Under the pieces are notes generated by a model. The model saw only the letters and a program-made list of their open reading frames with translations, was not told the origin of the DNA and did no database searches. The position numbers were made by a program, and so were the translations under genes. Positions 37,285 to 47,800 of a DNA stretch of 64,000 nt are shown here, piece after piece. Numbering within the stretch: the stretch's first letter is position 1; each line of letters starts with the position of its first letter. The DNA is from Gemmatimonadota bacterium (GTDB taxonomy: Bacteria; Gemmatimonadota; Gemmatimonadetes; Gemmatimonadales; Gemmatimonadaceae): the NCBI GenBank assembly GCA_040389905.1, contig JAZJZK010000007.1, positions 351,492 through 415,491 of the forward strand, in the 5' to 3' direction.

Positions 37285-37638
37285 ATGATCGAGGACAAAG
37301 CAAAGGAGCTCGGGCGGCTGATCGGGCAGAGCCCGGAGTATCAGGCGGTCAAGCGCGCGAACGACGCGCTCGGTGACGACCGGGACGCGGTGGCGCTCCT
37401 CAAGAAAATGGAGCAGTTGCGCGTGAACGCGCAGGCGATGATCAAGCGCGGCGAGCGCCCGACCCAGGAGATGGAGCAGGAGCTCGACGGACTCCTTGGT
37501 CAGGTGCAGGGGCAGATGGTCTACCAGCGGCTGGTGGCGGCGCAGGAGAACTTCGACAAGGTCATGCAGAGGGTGAACGACTGGATCGTGGAAGGGATCG
37601 AACGCGGCGCGGTGAGTTCGATCATCACGCTGGGCTGA
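37285..37638 (+). CDS. YlbF/YmcA-like helical regulator
   Basis: IEDKAKELGRLIGQSPEY N-terminus; all-helical 117 aa; GGAG before ATG. Confidence 0.75.
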   Translation: MIEDKAKELGRLIGQSPEYQAVKRANDALGDDRDAVALLKKMEQLRVNAQAMIKRGERPTQEMEQELDGLLGQVQGQMVYQRLVAAQENFDKVMQRVNDWIVEGIERGAVSSIITLG

Positions 37639-37642
37639 CGGT

Positions 37643-38326
37643 GTGACGCACGCGGCAGGTCGGCTGATCGTCTTCGAAGGCGGCGAGGGGTCTGGCAAGT
37701 CCACGCAGATTCGCCGCTTGTCGAGCGACCTCGTGGCCGAAGGCGTGGCCCACGTCTGCCTGCGCGAACCGGGTGGTACGCCACTCGGTACGGAGGTCCG
37801 TCGCGTCCTGCTCGACCGCTCGTCGGATATCGAACCACGCGCGGAGGCACTGCTGTTCATGGCCTCGCGCGCTCAGCTCGTCCAACGCGAAATCCTTCCT
37901 GCGCTTGCGCGCGGGAACATCGTGCTGCTCGACCGATTCTTCCTCTCCACGTACGCCTATCAGATCGCGGGGCACGGATTGCCGGAATCAGAGGTGCGCG
38001 GAGCCAACCGCTTCGCGACCGGTGGGCTCGTTCCCGATCTCACGCTCCTCCTCACCTTCCCCATACGGCTTGGTCTCGAGCGCGCCGGTCGGCGTGCGGA
38101 AGTACACGACCGAATGGAGTCGATGGGCGTGGCATTTCATCAGCGAGTTGGAGCGGCATTCGCAAACTTTACCGAGCCCGCATGGCAGGTGCAGCATGAG
38201 GAATGTGGGCCCATCGTTGGCGTCGACGCACGTGGTGCGGAAGAAGAGGTGGCAGCTCGCGTACGCGCCGTGCTCAGCGCATGGCCTGGTGTTCTCTCGC
38301 ATCGCCGTCGATCGGATCGAGGCTGA
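37643..38326 (+). CDS. tmk: Thymidylate kinase
   Basis: FEGGEGSGKST, REPGGT, DRF..ST.AYQ, PDLT. Confidence 0.95.
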   Translation: MTHAAGRLIVFEGGEGSGKSTQIRRLSSDLVAEGVAHVCLREPGGTPLGTEVRRVLLDRSSDIEPRAEALLFMASRAQLVQREILPALARGNIVLLDRFFLSTYAYQIAGHGLPESEVRGANRFATGGLVPDLTLLLTFPIRLGLERAGRRAEVHDRMESMGVAFHQRVGAAFANFTEPAWQVQHEECGPIVGVDARGAEEEVAARVRAVLSAWPGVLSHRRRSDRG

Positions 38327-39904
38327 ATGAGAAGCAAGGGAGTCGTTGCGGCAGCGGTGCTCACCTGCGCGCTCGTGTCCGGGGGCTGGCTCATGGAGCG
38401 GAGCTGGACGGGATCGCACGATCTCGCGACACGCACGCACCTTTTCGATGAAGTGCTGGAGCACGTCAAGCGCGACTTCGTGGACACGATTCCGGACTCG
38501 CTCCTGTATCGTCACGCCATCGACGGCGCGCTCCGCGAGTTGCACGATCCGCATACCACGTTTCTCAACCCACGCCGCCTGAGCCGGCTGGAAGAGAGCA
38601 CGACGGGGCACTACGCCGGCGTCGGCATTCAGATGGATCTGCGCGACAGCGGCATCACCGTGGCCGCGACGCTCCCAGGATCTCCCGCCGAGCAGGTCGG
38701 GATTCTTACGGGCGATCGCATCGACTCGATCGCATCCAAGTCGGCGCGTGGCCTGACGTCCGAGGAAGCCCTGAAAGTTCTGCGCGGTCCCGCCGGCACG
38801 GAGGTGAAGGTCGTGGTCGAGCGCCCCGGCGTTGCCGAGTTACTGACGTTCACCCTCGTCCGCCGAGAGATCCAGGTCAATCCCGTACGTCATGCGCTGC
38901 TCTTGCCTGACGGGATCGGATATGTCGAACTCACCGTCTTCAGCGAGTCGGCGGCCACGGTCTTGTCGACGGCGATCGATTCGTTGCGTGCCGCTGGCGC
39001 ACGCTCGCTGGTGCTGGACCTTCGCGGCGATCCCGGCGGCTTGCTCTCGCAGGGCGTCGACGTCGCCGATCTCTTCCTCGACGCGGGACAGATGATCGTC
39101 TCGACGAAAGGGAGAATGCCAACGGAAAGCCTGACCATTCCCGATCGCGCGCCGCAGCGGTGGGTCAACATGCCGATGGTTGTGCTCACCGACAGTAACT
39201 CCGCGTCTGCGAGCGAAATTGTGGCTGGTGCGCTGCAGGATCATGATCGCGCGCTCATTGTCGGTACGGCAACGTACGGCAAGGGGAGCGCGCAGCGGGT
39301 CTTCAAGGTGGATCAGAACGCACTCAAGCTCACCACTGCACTCTGGTACACGCCGAGCGGGCGGAGCATCAATCGTCCGCGTCGGTCACCGAGTGATGAT
39401 GACGACGATGGTGGTCCACCACGAACGGACAGTGTTCCGCGCCCAAAGTTCCGCACCGATGGCGGGCGCCTGGTCCTCGGTGGCGGCGGCATCGTCCCCG
39501 ATGTCGAGGTGTCCAGAAGCCCCGTGGCGAAGGAAGACAAGGCGCTTCAAGTCGCACTCGGCGCAAAGATTCCGGCTTTTCGCGATGCGATGTTCGAGTA
39601 CGCGCTCGCATTGAAGACGTCGCGGTCGGTGACGGATCCAACCTTCCAGGTGAGTCCGGCGATGCGAGACGAACTGTGGCGTCGCATGCGGGTGCGGGGC
39701 ATCGATATTCCGCGAGCCGTCTACGATTCCGCTGGGCTTGTCGATCGCGCACTGGGTGGGCAGATCGCGCGCTATGTGTTCGGAACGCGGACCGAGTTCG
39801 AGCGCGAACTGCGGCGCGATCCGGTGATGACGCGCGCTGAGCTCCTGCTCCGTGGGGCGACGACGCCGAAGGTACTGCTTTCGCACGCCCCCTCGCCGAA
39901 ATGA
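38327..39904 (+). CDS. S41 family C-terminal processing peptidase
   Basis: DPHT, PDZ (GVGI), LDLRGDPGG, SASASEIVAGALQD, GKGS.Q. Confidence 0.93.
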   Translation: MRSKGVVAAAVLTCALVSGGWLMERSWTGSHDLATRTHLFDEVLEHVKRDFVDTIPDSLLYRHAIDGALRELHDPHTTFLNPRRLSRLEESTTGHYAGVGIQMDLRDSGITVAATLPGSPAEQVGILTGDRIDSIASKSARGLTSEEALKVLRGPAGTEVKVVVERPGVAELLTFTLVRREIQVNPVRHALLLPDGIGYVELTVFSESAATVLSTAIDSLRAAGARSLVLDLRGDPGGLLSQGVDVADLFLDAGQMIVSTKGRMPTESLTIPDRAPQRWVNMPMVVLTDSNSASASEIVAGALQDHDRALIVGTATYGKGSAQRVFKVDQNALKLTTALWYTPSGRSINRPRRSPSDDDDDGGPPRTDSVPRPKFRTDGGRLVLGGGGIVPDVEVSRSPVAKEDKALQVALGAKIPAFRDAMFEYALALKTSRSVTDPTFQVSPAMRDELWRRMRVRGIDIPRAVYDSAGLVDRALGGQIARYVFGTRTEFERELRRDPVMTRAELLLRGATTPKVLLSHAPSPK

Positions 39905-40341
39905 TGCGCACGCGACGAGCGACGTTCCATGACGCGCACGCCATTCGCGGATTGATCGATCTCTACGTCGAGGACGGCACGCTACTGCCGCGCACCGCCG
40001 AATTCATCGCCGCGCATGCACCGCACTTCATCGTCGCGGAGGATGACGGCCAGGTCATCGGTTGTGTGCACCTCGACGAGTACGCGCCCAGTCTGTCGGA
40101 GCTACGATCACTCGCCGTTCGTCGGGATGCCCAAGGCCGAGGAGTGGGGCGCGCGCTCGTTCTCGCGACGGAGGCGCTCGCGCGCAGTCGAGACGTTGCC
40201 ACGATTTTCGCCGTCAGCAATGACGACGCGTTCTTCGAACACTTCGGCTATGCGGTGCGACACATTCCCGAGCTCGATCGAGAGCGAAGCGAAGTGAGCC
40301 GGTACAAGGGCGTCTTCGCAAAGGATCTCGCGGTGGTGTAG
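39901..40341 (+). CDS. GNAT acetyltransferase (short ArgA-like)
   Basis: LLPR, ELRSLAV, QGRGVGRAL, FFEHFGY. Confidence 0.85.
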   Translation: MMRTRRATFHDAHAIRGLIDLYVEDGTLLPRTAEFIAAHAPHFIVAEDDGQVIGCVHLDEYAPSLSELRSLAVRRDAQGRGVGRALVLATEALARSRDVATIFAVSNDDAFFEHFGYAVRHIPELDRERSEVSRYKGVFAKDLAVV

Positions 40342-40386
40342 CTCTTGCCCCTTGTGGTCAGTCCAAATCAACATGGAGCAGTACAC

Positions 40387-40623
40387 ATGTCGGAGCGGCA
40401 CAAGACGCACAACGGGCGGGACATGGACGGACACTTCAAGGTCCGGAAGGCGGACGTCGACGAACTCGTGACGGATCCGCACGGCGAGGAATTCCTTCGT
40501 GACGACGTACGTCTTGGTGGAGCGGTCGAGGACATTGGTCCGTCGGCCGGGCTTCGTGGCAAGGAGATCGCGAAGCTGGTCGAGGAGAATCGGGAAGACG
40601 TCTCCCGGACCGCGCAGAAATAG
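40387..40623 (+). CDS. Small hypothetical protein
   Basis: GGAG before ATG; GC3-biased codons; fills the gap exactly up to the convergent gene. Confidence 0.6.
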   Translation: MSERHKTHNGRDMDGHFKVRKADVDELVTDPHGEEFLRDDVRLGGAVEDIGPSAGLRGKEIAKLVEENREDVSRTAQK

Positions 40624-40992
40624 CTACTTCGGATCGAGCTGCGCGATGAGCTTTTTCGGTGCGATGAGCTTGTAGGCATCGAGCAGCAACTCGGGCAGCT
40701 CGCTCCAGTCCGCGCCCTTGTCGAGATAGACGCCCACCCATCCGCTCTTACCGACATATGGCGGCACGAAGAAACGCGTCGGCGCGTGGCGCACCATGAT
40801 CTCCTGATTCCCGGGCGCCGCCTTGATCCACACAGATTGCCGACCGTCGCCGTGATGATTGCCGGCAGCTGCGTGCATCGCGAAGATCTTGTTCTTCACG
40901 CGGAAGGTGGGTGCTCCCCACGCCTCGACCTCGTGCGCCTCAGGGAGCGATAAGCAGAGTTTGCGGAGCCGAGCGAGCGGATTCGGGGGCAT
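40624..40992 (-). CDS. MmcQ/YjbR family protein
   Basis: LCLSLPEA...WG.PTFRV..KIFA; PPYVG..GW; AY.LIAPKKL. Confidence 0.88.
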   Translation of the reverse strand: MPPNPLARLRKLCLSLPEAHEVEAWGAPTFRVKNKIFAMHAAAGNHHGDGRQSVWIKAAPGNQEIMVRHAPTRFFVPPYVGKSGWVGVYLDKGADWSELPELLLDAYKLIAPKKLIAQLDPK

Positions 40993-40999
40993 CGATGAT

Positions 41000-41245
41000 C
41001 ACGGATGACTGCGGTAGTGGACTGAGTTCGTGAACGGCGTTTTACGGAGCTCGAACGGCAGATTGTACGGATTTGACGGATATGCACGGATTGCTTCAGT
41101 GCGCATCCAATCTGTCGTCGCGCAACAAACAAAACCTCAATTGGTTTTTGCAGTTGCAAGAGAGTCTGGCGTTGCACCAGTCATTCTCCTCGCAGGGCTA
41201 TCCGTGACGATCCGTAAAATCTCCGTTCAAATCCGAAAACCCCAC
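41000..41245. repeat. Inverted array of ACGGAT / ATCCGT units with about 9-10 nt period
   Basis: TACGGATTTGACGGATATGCACGGATT versus ATCCGTGACGATCCGTAAAATCTCCGTTCAAATCCG. Confidence 0.75.
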
Positions 41246-41294
41246 CGCTAAACGCAGTTCCATACGCCTTTCCAACACCGTCGATCAGAGAGAC

Positions 41295-41960
41295 CTACCT
41301 CTCGATCACGCGCATCCCCGGCTGGACCGTAAACTTGAACGCCGCATCGTCCACCGGCACGTTCGTCTTGAATGACGTCAGGTGCACCTTGCGCTCCATC
41401 CCACTCGCATCGACCACCATGAATTGCCGAATGGTCGCATCTGCATCGTCGATCCACACCACAGCAGACTTGAAGGGGGCACTCGACTCCGACTTTGGAA
41501 TCAGGTTGTAGCTATGCGTGGCGTGTCCACTCACGACGAGCGTGCCGGCAGCGCTCACCGTGTACTTCGTCCTCGGCGAGGTCAGGAACTGTGCACTGAG
41601 ATCGACGGTGCCCGTGCCAACCGAACTTTGCGCGGACTTGATGACCTGATCCGGGGCGCTACTCGGCAAGTACATCCACACGTACTTGCCGTCGGCCACG
41701 ATGCGATCATTGGCGGGCGCCGCGAAGGTGACGGCCAGCTTGCCGGGACGCAGTTGCTGGTACTCGCCGCTCGACGTGAGCGTGCGGCCGGTCAAGGCGT
41801 TGGTGATCGTCTGCTCGAACGTCGCGCGCGCGGTCTTGACCTTGGTCCACGCCGCGACGGCACGGTCGAGCAGGTCATCCTGGCGGCGCGGCGCACTCGC
41901 CGCGGTGGTCGTCAGCAGCGTCGCGGCGAGCGCGACGGTGATTGGCAGGTATCGAGTCAT
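41295..41960 (-). CDS. lolA: Outer membrane lipoprotein carrier protein LolA
   Basis: Signal peptide; A.FEQ; RPGK; IVADGKYVWMY.P; F.F..PG. Confidence 0.85.
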   Translation of the reverse strand: MTRYLPITVALAATLLTTTAASAPRRQDDLLDRAVAAWTKVKTARATFEQTITNALTGRTLTSSGEYQQLRPGKLAVTFAAPANDRIVADGKYVWMYLPSSAPDQVIKSAQSSVGTGTVDLSAQFLTSPRTKYTVSAAGTLVVSGHATHSYNLIPKSESSAPFKSAVVWIDDADATIRQFMVVDASGMERKVHLTSFKTNVPVDDAAFKFTVQPGMRVIER

Positions 41961-41967
41961 GATAGTC

Positions 41968-43020
41968 CTACCCTTGCGCCGCACCGCCAGTTCCGACAGG
42001 CGCCGAGATCGAGCGCCCAATGGCCTCCGCGATCGACCGTGCTTCGCGCACCAGTCGCGCCAATTGGTCGGGATACAGCGACTGGCCGCCATCCGACATC
42101 GCCTGGTCTGGGTTCGGATGCATTTCGACGAGCAGGCCATCCGCACCGGCCGCGATTGCGGCGCGACCCATCGGAATCACCTTGTCGCGCAGGCCGGTGC
42201 CGTGACTCGGATCAGCGACAATGGGAAGGTGTGACAGCTTCTGCACGAGCGGAATCGCGGTGAGGTCGAACAGATTTCGCGTCGCGTTGTCGAAGCTTCG
42301 TATGCCGCGCTCGCACAGGATGACCTGCGTGTTACCCTCCGCCAGCAGATACTCGGCGCTGAGGAGCAGGTCGGTGATCGTTGCGGCCATCCCGCGCTTG
42401 AGCAGCACCGGCTTGCCGAGACGGCCGATGGTTCTGAGCAGCGAGTAGTTCTGCATGTTGCGCGCGCCGATCTGGATGCAGTCGGCCACCTCTGCGACGA
42501 GGTGCGCCCCCTCTTCGTCGAGCGCTTCCGTCACGATGGCGAGCCCCGTTTCTGCGCGCGCGAGCGCGAGCAGCTCGAGTCCTTTCTTGCCGAGCCCCTG
42601 GAATGAGTAGGGCGAACTGCGCGGCTTGAATGCGCCGCCGCGCAAGGCGGTGGCGCCGGCGTCGCGCACCTGTTGCGCGGCCAGTACGATCTGATGCTCG
42701 TTCTCGACGGAGCATGGACCGGCGATGATGGGGATATCCGTGCCACCAAACACCACGCCCGGCGCGATGGTCACGAGCGTGTTCTCCGGCCGCCATTCGC
42801 GCGATACCTGCTTATAGGGGCGTGACACATGGATGACTTCCGCCACGCCGGAGAGCGATTCGAGGCGTGATCCGTCGACGCGCCCGTCATTGCCGACGAG
42901 ACCAACGGTGGTCCGCTGAGCGCCGGGCATCGGGCGTGCCTCGTACCCCATCTCTCCAATCACCTCGACGACGCGCGCAATCTGCGTGTCCGTCGCATCC
43001 GTCTGCATCACGACCAGCAT
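41968..43020 (-). CDS. aroF: DAHP synthase (class I-beta with N-terminal regulatory domain)
   Basis: IAGPCSVE, GGAFKPRSSPYSFQG, QIGARNMQN, LKRG, DPSHG. Confidence 0.95.
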   Translation of the reverse strand: MLVVMQTDATDTQIARVVEVIGEMGYEARPMPGAQRTTVGLVGNDGRVDGSRLESLSGVAEVIHVSRPYKQVSREWRPENTLVTIAPGVVFGGTDIPIIAGPCSVENEHQIVLAAQQVRDAGATALRGGAFKPRSSPYSFQGLGKKGLELLALARAETGLAIVTEALDEEGAHLVAEVADCIQIGARNMQNYSLLRTIGRLGKPVLLKRGMAATITDLLLSAEYLLAEGNTQVILCERGIRSFDNATRNLFDLTAIPLVQKLSHLPIVADPSHGTGLRDKVIPMGRAAIAAGADGLLVEMHPNPDQAMSDGGQSLYPDQLARLVREARSIAEAIGRSISAPVGTGGAAQG

Positions 43021-43787
43021 CAGTCTTCCTCGATCTCGAATGCGGCCAGGTCGCTGGCGAGCGACACCGGACCCGCATAGTGGGCCGCCACGGCGCCACG
43101 CACGTCTGTGCGCTCGACTGGCGGGTAGAAATGCGTCAACACGAGATGCCTCGGCAGTGCGGCGGCCGCGAGTGCACCGCACTGCTCCGGAGTCATGTGC
43201 TCCGGTATCGCCATCTCCGCGGGCAACGAGCACTCGCAGAGCAACAGATCCGCTCCCCGCGCCCACTCCCCGAACATGGGGTCATAACCCGTGTCGCCGG
43301 TATACACGATACGACGGCCACCGCGGACAACGGAATATGCCACACTCTCTGCGGTGTGGGGAACCTTGGTCGCGCTGAGCGTCGTTCCGTCGCCGAGCTC
43401 CACGCGCTCGCCGGGGACGATTTCCTGCACCGTCATTGGAAACCCCGGATCCGTCACCCACGCACCGAACGCGTCCGCAAGCTTCGCCAATAGCGCCAGC
43501 AGCCCCACCGGCCCGAGGACGACTAACGGCGCTGACCGCCCGGGAAGGCTGCCGTACTTCCATGCGAATACGAGCGTCGCGAAATCGCCGATGTGGTCGG
43601 TGTGAAAATGCGTAAAGGCGACGTGGGTGATCTCGCGCCACGCGATTCCGCCCTCCGCGAGCCGATGCGTGACGCCACTGCCGCAGTCGAGAAGCAATCG
43701 GACGGATCCCGCTTCGACGAGATGTCCAGCGCACACCCGTTCAGGAGACAGCGCCACCGTGCCAGTGCCCAGCGTCGTGAGTCGCAT
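43020..43787 (-). CDS. MBL-fold hydrolase, RNase Z/BN-like
   Basis: LGTG, LDCG, THFHTDH, YTGDT, LTHFY. Confidence 0.85.
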   Translation of the reverse strand: MRLTTLGTGTVALSPERVCAGHLVEAGSVRLLLDCGSGVTHRLAEGGIAWREITHVAFTHFHTDHIGDFATLVFAWKYGSLPGRSAPLVVLGPVGLLALLAKLADAFGAWVTDPGFPMTVQEIVPGERVELGDGTTLSATKVPHTAESVAYSVVRGGRRIVYTGDTGYDPMFGEWARGADLLLCECSLPAEMAIPEHMTPEQCGALAAAALPRHLVLTHFYPPVERTDVRGAVAAHYAGPVSLASDLAAFEIEED

Positions 43788-44821
43788 CAGGGCCAGTACA
43801 CGATCTTCTTGATTGGAATTCCCTTGCCGTCCATCGTAAGGCGGACGAGATACACGCCGCCCGGAACCTGTCGGCCATTGTCCGCCGTGCCGTCCCACGC
43901 CAACCGATCGTCACAGCCACTCGCCGCCACTTTTCGCCCGTAACGGCCGGGCTCCAGGTGCGCCGGCAATTGTCCAGGAATCAGCGTCTTCACCTTGTTG
44001 CCGCGAAGGTCCAGGATGGTCAACTCCACCTGTGCGGCGCGATGAAGGTCGAACCAGATGCAGGTGGTTTGCGACGACGGGTTGGGAAACGGGTTGGGGA
44101 AATTCTGATACAGGAGCGTCGCGTCTGGCGCACCACTTGGCGCAATGATGAAGCTCGATTCGCTGCTCGCGACGGCGCTGTCGAGCGCAAATCGAGGGTC
44201 CGCGAGACGGGCGATGACCTTCCAGCGGTAGCTCGTGTTCGCCTGCAGGGAGTCAGGTATGACGAAGACAGTGTCCGTGATCCCCAGTTGCGACCGCGTC
44301 TCTTGAAGCGCCACGTTCGTGATGGAAAGTTCGTAGACCCATGGGCCGGGTGGCGACGTGACGCTCGCACTTTTCCATGCGAACTGGGGAAGACGCGACA
44401 ACAGCGTCACGCTTGTGCGGCCATTCGGAGAGAGCAAGCTAAGCCGTCGTCCCGTACGCCCCGCAGGTAACACGGTCTGTGTGACCATCGTTTGGCCAGC
44501 GGAGTTCAGCACCGAGGCTTCGACGAAAATGTCCGCGTTCTCCGGTAGGAGGCGCGACACGGTGAAGCGTCCTTCGGGCGCCGCAATCACGGAGTCGAGC
44601 ACGACGAGCCCGAAGCTCGCATTCAGCGAGAGCCGAAGACGAACCCGAGGCTGCGTCCCCAGCGGAAAGCCGCCGGCTCGCACCGTGATCTCCGGTGCCG
44701 CGGGAAACGGATCCTCGCGCGGCAACTCGATGGCGACCGTCGTCTGCGCATCACCGCGGATGGGGAACGCCGCGACAGCCAGCAGGGCGACGACCAGTAC
44801 CAGTGTTCCGCGGACGGACAT
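43787..44821 (-). CDS. Exported protein with C-terminal FlgD-Ig-like domain
   Basis: Signal peptide; LYQNFPNPF; ILDLRG..VKTL; WDGT..NG..V.GGVYLVRL. Confidence 0.75.
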   Translation of the reverse strand: MSVRGTLVLVVALLAVAAFPIRGDAQTTVAIELPREDPFPAAPEITVRAGGFPLGTQPRVRLRLSLNASFGLVVLDSVIAAPEGRFTVSRLLPENADIFVEASVLNSAGQTMVTQTVLPAGRTGRRLSLLSPNGRTSVTLLSRLPQFAWKSASVTSPPGPWVYELSITNVALQETRSQLGITDTVFVIPDSLQANTSYRWKVIARLADPRFALDSAVASSESSFIIAPSGAPDATLLYQNFPNPFPNPSSQTTCIWFDLHRAAQVELTILDLRGNKVKTLIPGQLPAHLEPGRYGRKVAASGCDDRLAWDGTADNGRQVPGGVYLVRLTMDGKGIPIKKIVYWP

Positions 44822-47800
44822 CAGGAAATGGCTGCGGCCTCGTCCGCTGCTGGTGTTTCCACCGCGACCTGCGCGTTCTCGTCCTCCGTCGACGGCCCGC
44901 GCATCCGAACGCTCACGAGCTTCGAAACACCGGGTTCCTGCATCGTCACACCGTAGACCGCGTCGCCCGCCTCCGTCGTGGTGCGCGGGTTGTGCGTGAT
45001 GACGATGAACTGCGTGCGCCCCTTGAACTGATTCAGCATCTTCACGAACCGGCCGACATTCGCGTCGTCGAGCGGTGCGTCCACCTCGTCCAGCAAACAG
45101 AAGGGGCTCGGCTTCGTCAGGAAGATGCCGAAGAGCAGGGAGAGTGCGACGAGCGCGCGCTCACCGCTCGACAACAGGTTGATCCGTTGCGTCTTCTTGC
45201 CACGCGGGGACGCGTGAATCTCGATGTCGCAGTCCAGCGGCGCATCGCGATTCTCGAGGCGCAGGTCGCACTCACCGCCCCCGAAGAGTGACATGAAGAT
45301 TTCGCGAAAGTTGATGCGCACCTGCTCGAACGTCGCCATGAACAACTCACGCGCCGTCGCATCGATCTCCTTGATGGCCTGCAACAACGACGTTCGCGCA
45401 TCGGACAGGTCGGTCCGCTGCGCCGCCAGGAAATCATGGCGTTTCACGGTTTCTTCGTGCTCTTCGATGGCCAGCGCGTTTACGGGACCCAACTGCTCCA
45501 ACTGCTGGCGCAGCTCGTCGGCTTCGCGCTTCAACGTCTCGTCGTCCACGTCGAGCGCGGGCACTTCGGCGATCATTTCCTCGAGCGGCCGCTTCCATTC
45601 CGTCTCGAGCCGTTCCCGGATGGCCGTGCGCCGGCCCGACAGTTCGGTGAAGCGAAGCTCGGCGTGATGTAGTTCGTCACTCACAGCGGTGGCCCGGCGA
45701 CGCACCTCGCTCAAGCCCGTCTCCGCCGCCGCCAGCATCTCGTTCGCGACGCGAACGGCGGACTCGGCGTCCGACAGGTTGGTCTCGCCATCCGTGAGCG
45801 TGGCTTCGCGTGTCTCGAGATCGAGCGTCCATGCCGCCATCTGCTCGGCGAGCGCGCCATCCGACTGTGCAAGCTCGCTCAACTCGATGCGAAGTTGGGC
45901 CAGGCGTTGCGATGCGGTGGCAACCTCGGTGGTCAGCCGGCGCTCCCGATCCACCGCCATTTGCACGCGCGCGCGGGATTGCGCCTGCTCGACCTGCCAC
46001 TTCGTGCGCCGCTCTCGCGCTTCTTCCTGCGCGTGCTCCGACGTTGCCGCGTGCTCACGTGCATCGGCGATGGCCTGCTCGCGGCTACTGGTCTCTTCGG
46101 CGATCGTCGCCGCCTCGAGGTCCAACGCATTCTGGCGCTCGGCCAATTCGAAGCGGCGCGCATTCAATCGCTCGGCAAGCGCCGCGGCGTCTTGCGCTTC
46201 CTTCGCCGCGCGCGCGACGCGCCGGCCAAGCTCTGTGTTCTGCTCGGCCGCAACTCGCGCCTGTTGCTGCGCGAGGGATGACGCCTCGGTTGCCTCGAGG
46301 ACGCGCGACTCGCTCATCGTCAACGCTTCGCGCATCGCGTCGGCTTTTTCCGACGCCACCTGCCGAGCGACGTCGAGCGCCTCGAGCTCGGATCGCAGCT
46401 CGGCAAGCTCGGCGCGGCGACGCAGCGGACCGGGGCCCGCCGTGGTTCCCGGCAGCCAGACTGCGCCGCGAGCGTCGACGAACGCGCTCCCGTGATCCAC
46501 CGAATGTACGTGGCCGAGGAGATTTCGCACCCACGCGCGCGCGGGAGCCGCCGCGTTCACCAGATGCGCGAGTGCGTCGGGCAACGGCTCGCCCGCGGAT
46601 TCCTCCGTCATCGCGTCGAGCGGGAGGAGCAGCAGTGGGCCCGGGTTCGTACTCGCATGCCACGCACGGACGGCGTCGGCGGCGGCACTGTCGCGCACGA
46701 GCACCGCATGTACCGAGTTTCCGAGGAACTTCTCGACGAGCAGCGCCGAGCCTTGATCTGCCCCGATGAAATCGGAGAGCGGGCCAAGAATCGCGCCGTC
46801 GCCAAAGGACTCGCGCTCCTGAAGCAGTCGCGATGCGGCCGGAGCAAGTCCCACGCGATCACGCTCGAGTTGCTCGAGCGCATTCACACGCCCCTGAAGG
46901 GTTGTGAGCGCCTCGTCGGCGCGGAACAGCTCCGCGCGCGCGAGCGACTCGCGTTCGCGTGTGTCCCGATCGGCGACGCGCGCGTCGTCGAGCTCAGCGA
47001 GCGCCATCGTCGCCAACTCCTGCGCCATTTCCGCTTCGGCCTGCGACGTCTCCTGCTGGCGCACGGCCAGTGCATGCGTATCGTCCAGCTGCGCGCGCTC
47101 GAGGGCGAGCGCGTCGCTCCGTTGCGTGACTTCGTCGAGCTCGCGCAGGGCACGCTCGCGCTCGTGTTCCACGCGTCGTGCGCGATCCTGAATCTCGCGG
47201 AGCCGGCGCTCGGCCGCGTCGACGGCGGCGCGAGCTTCACCCATCAGCCGGCGCACTTCGTTTTCCGCTGCCTGATGCTGCGCGAGCTCGGCGTCTGCCT
47301 GAGCCAATTCTTCCTGCACGCGCGCGAGGTCGGCGGCGGCCAGCTCGCGCTCAGCGGCGATCACCGTTCCCGTCTCCTCTCCTGCGGTTGCTTCCGCTTC
47401 CGCGCGCTGGCGACGCGATGTCGCGTTTCGCTGGCGCTCCTCCGCGACTGCCATCTCACCACGAATGCGCTGAACGCCCTCGCGTTGCGCTCCGACGAGC
47501 CGAGAGAGCTCGTTGCGCTGCGCTTCCGCCGCGGCGCGCGCATCCTGCGCCGTTTCCCGCGCCAGCTCGGCTTCCGCCATGCCGGCTTCCGTTGCGGGCA
47601 ACAGTTCGCGCAGCTCCGCGACGCGAACCTCGAGCCGCACGAGTTCCTCGCGCCAGGCTTCCATCGAACGTGCGGCGACCGACAGCTCGATCGTATAGCG
47701 TCGCGCCATGATCTCGGCGTGCCGCTCGGCGCGCCGGCGTTGGCGCGCAAGGCTGCGCACCTGGCTCGAGACTTCGTTGATGAGATCATCCAACCGCTGG

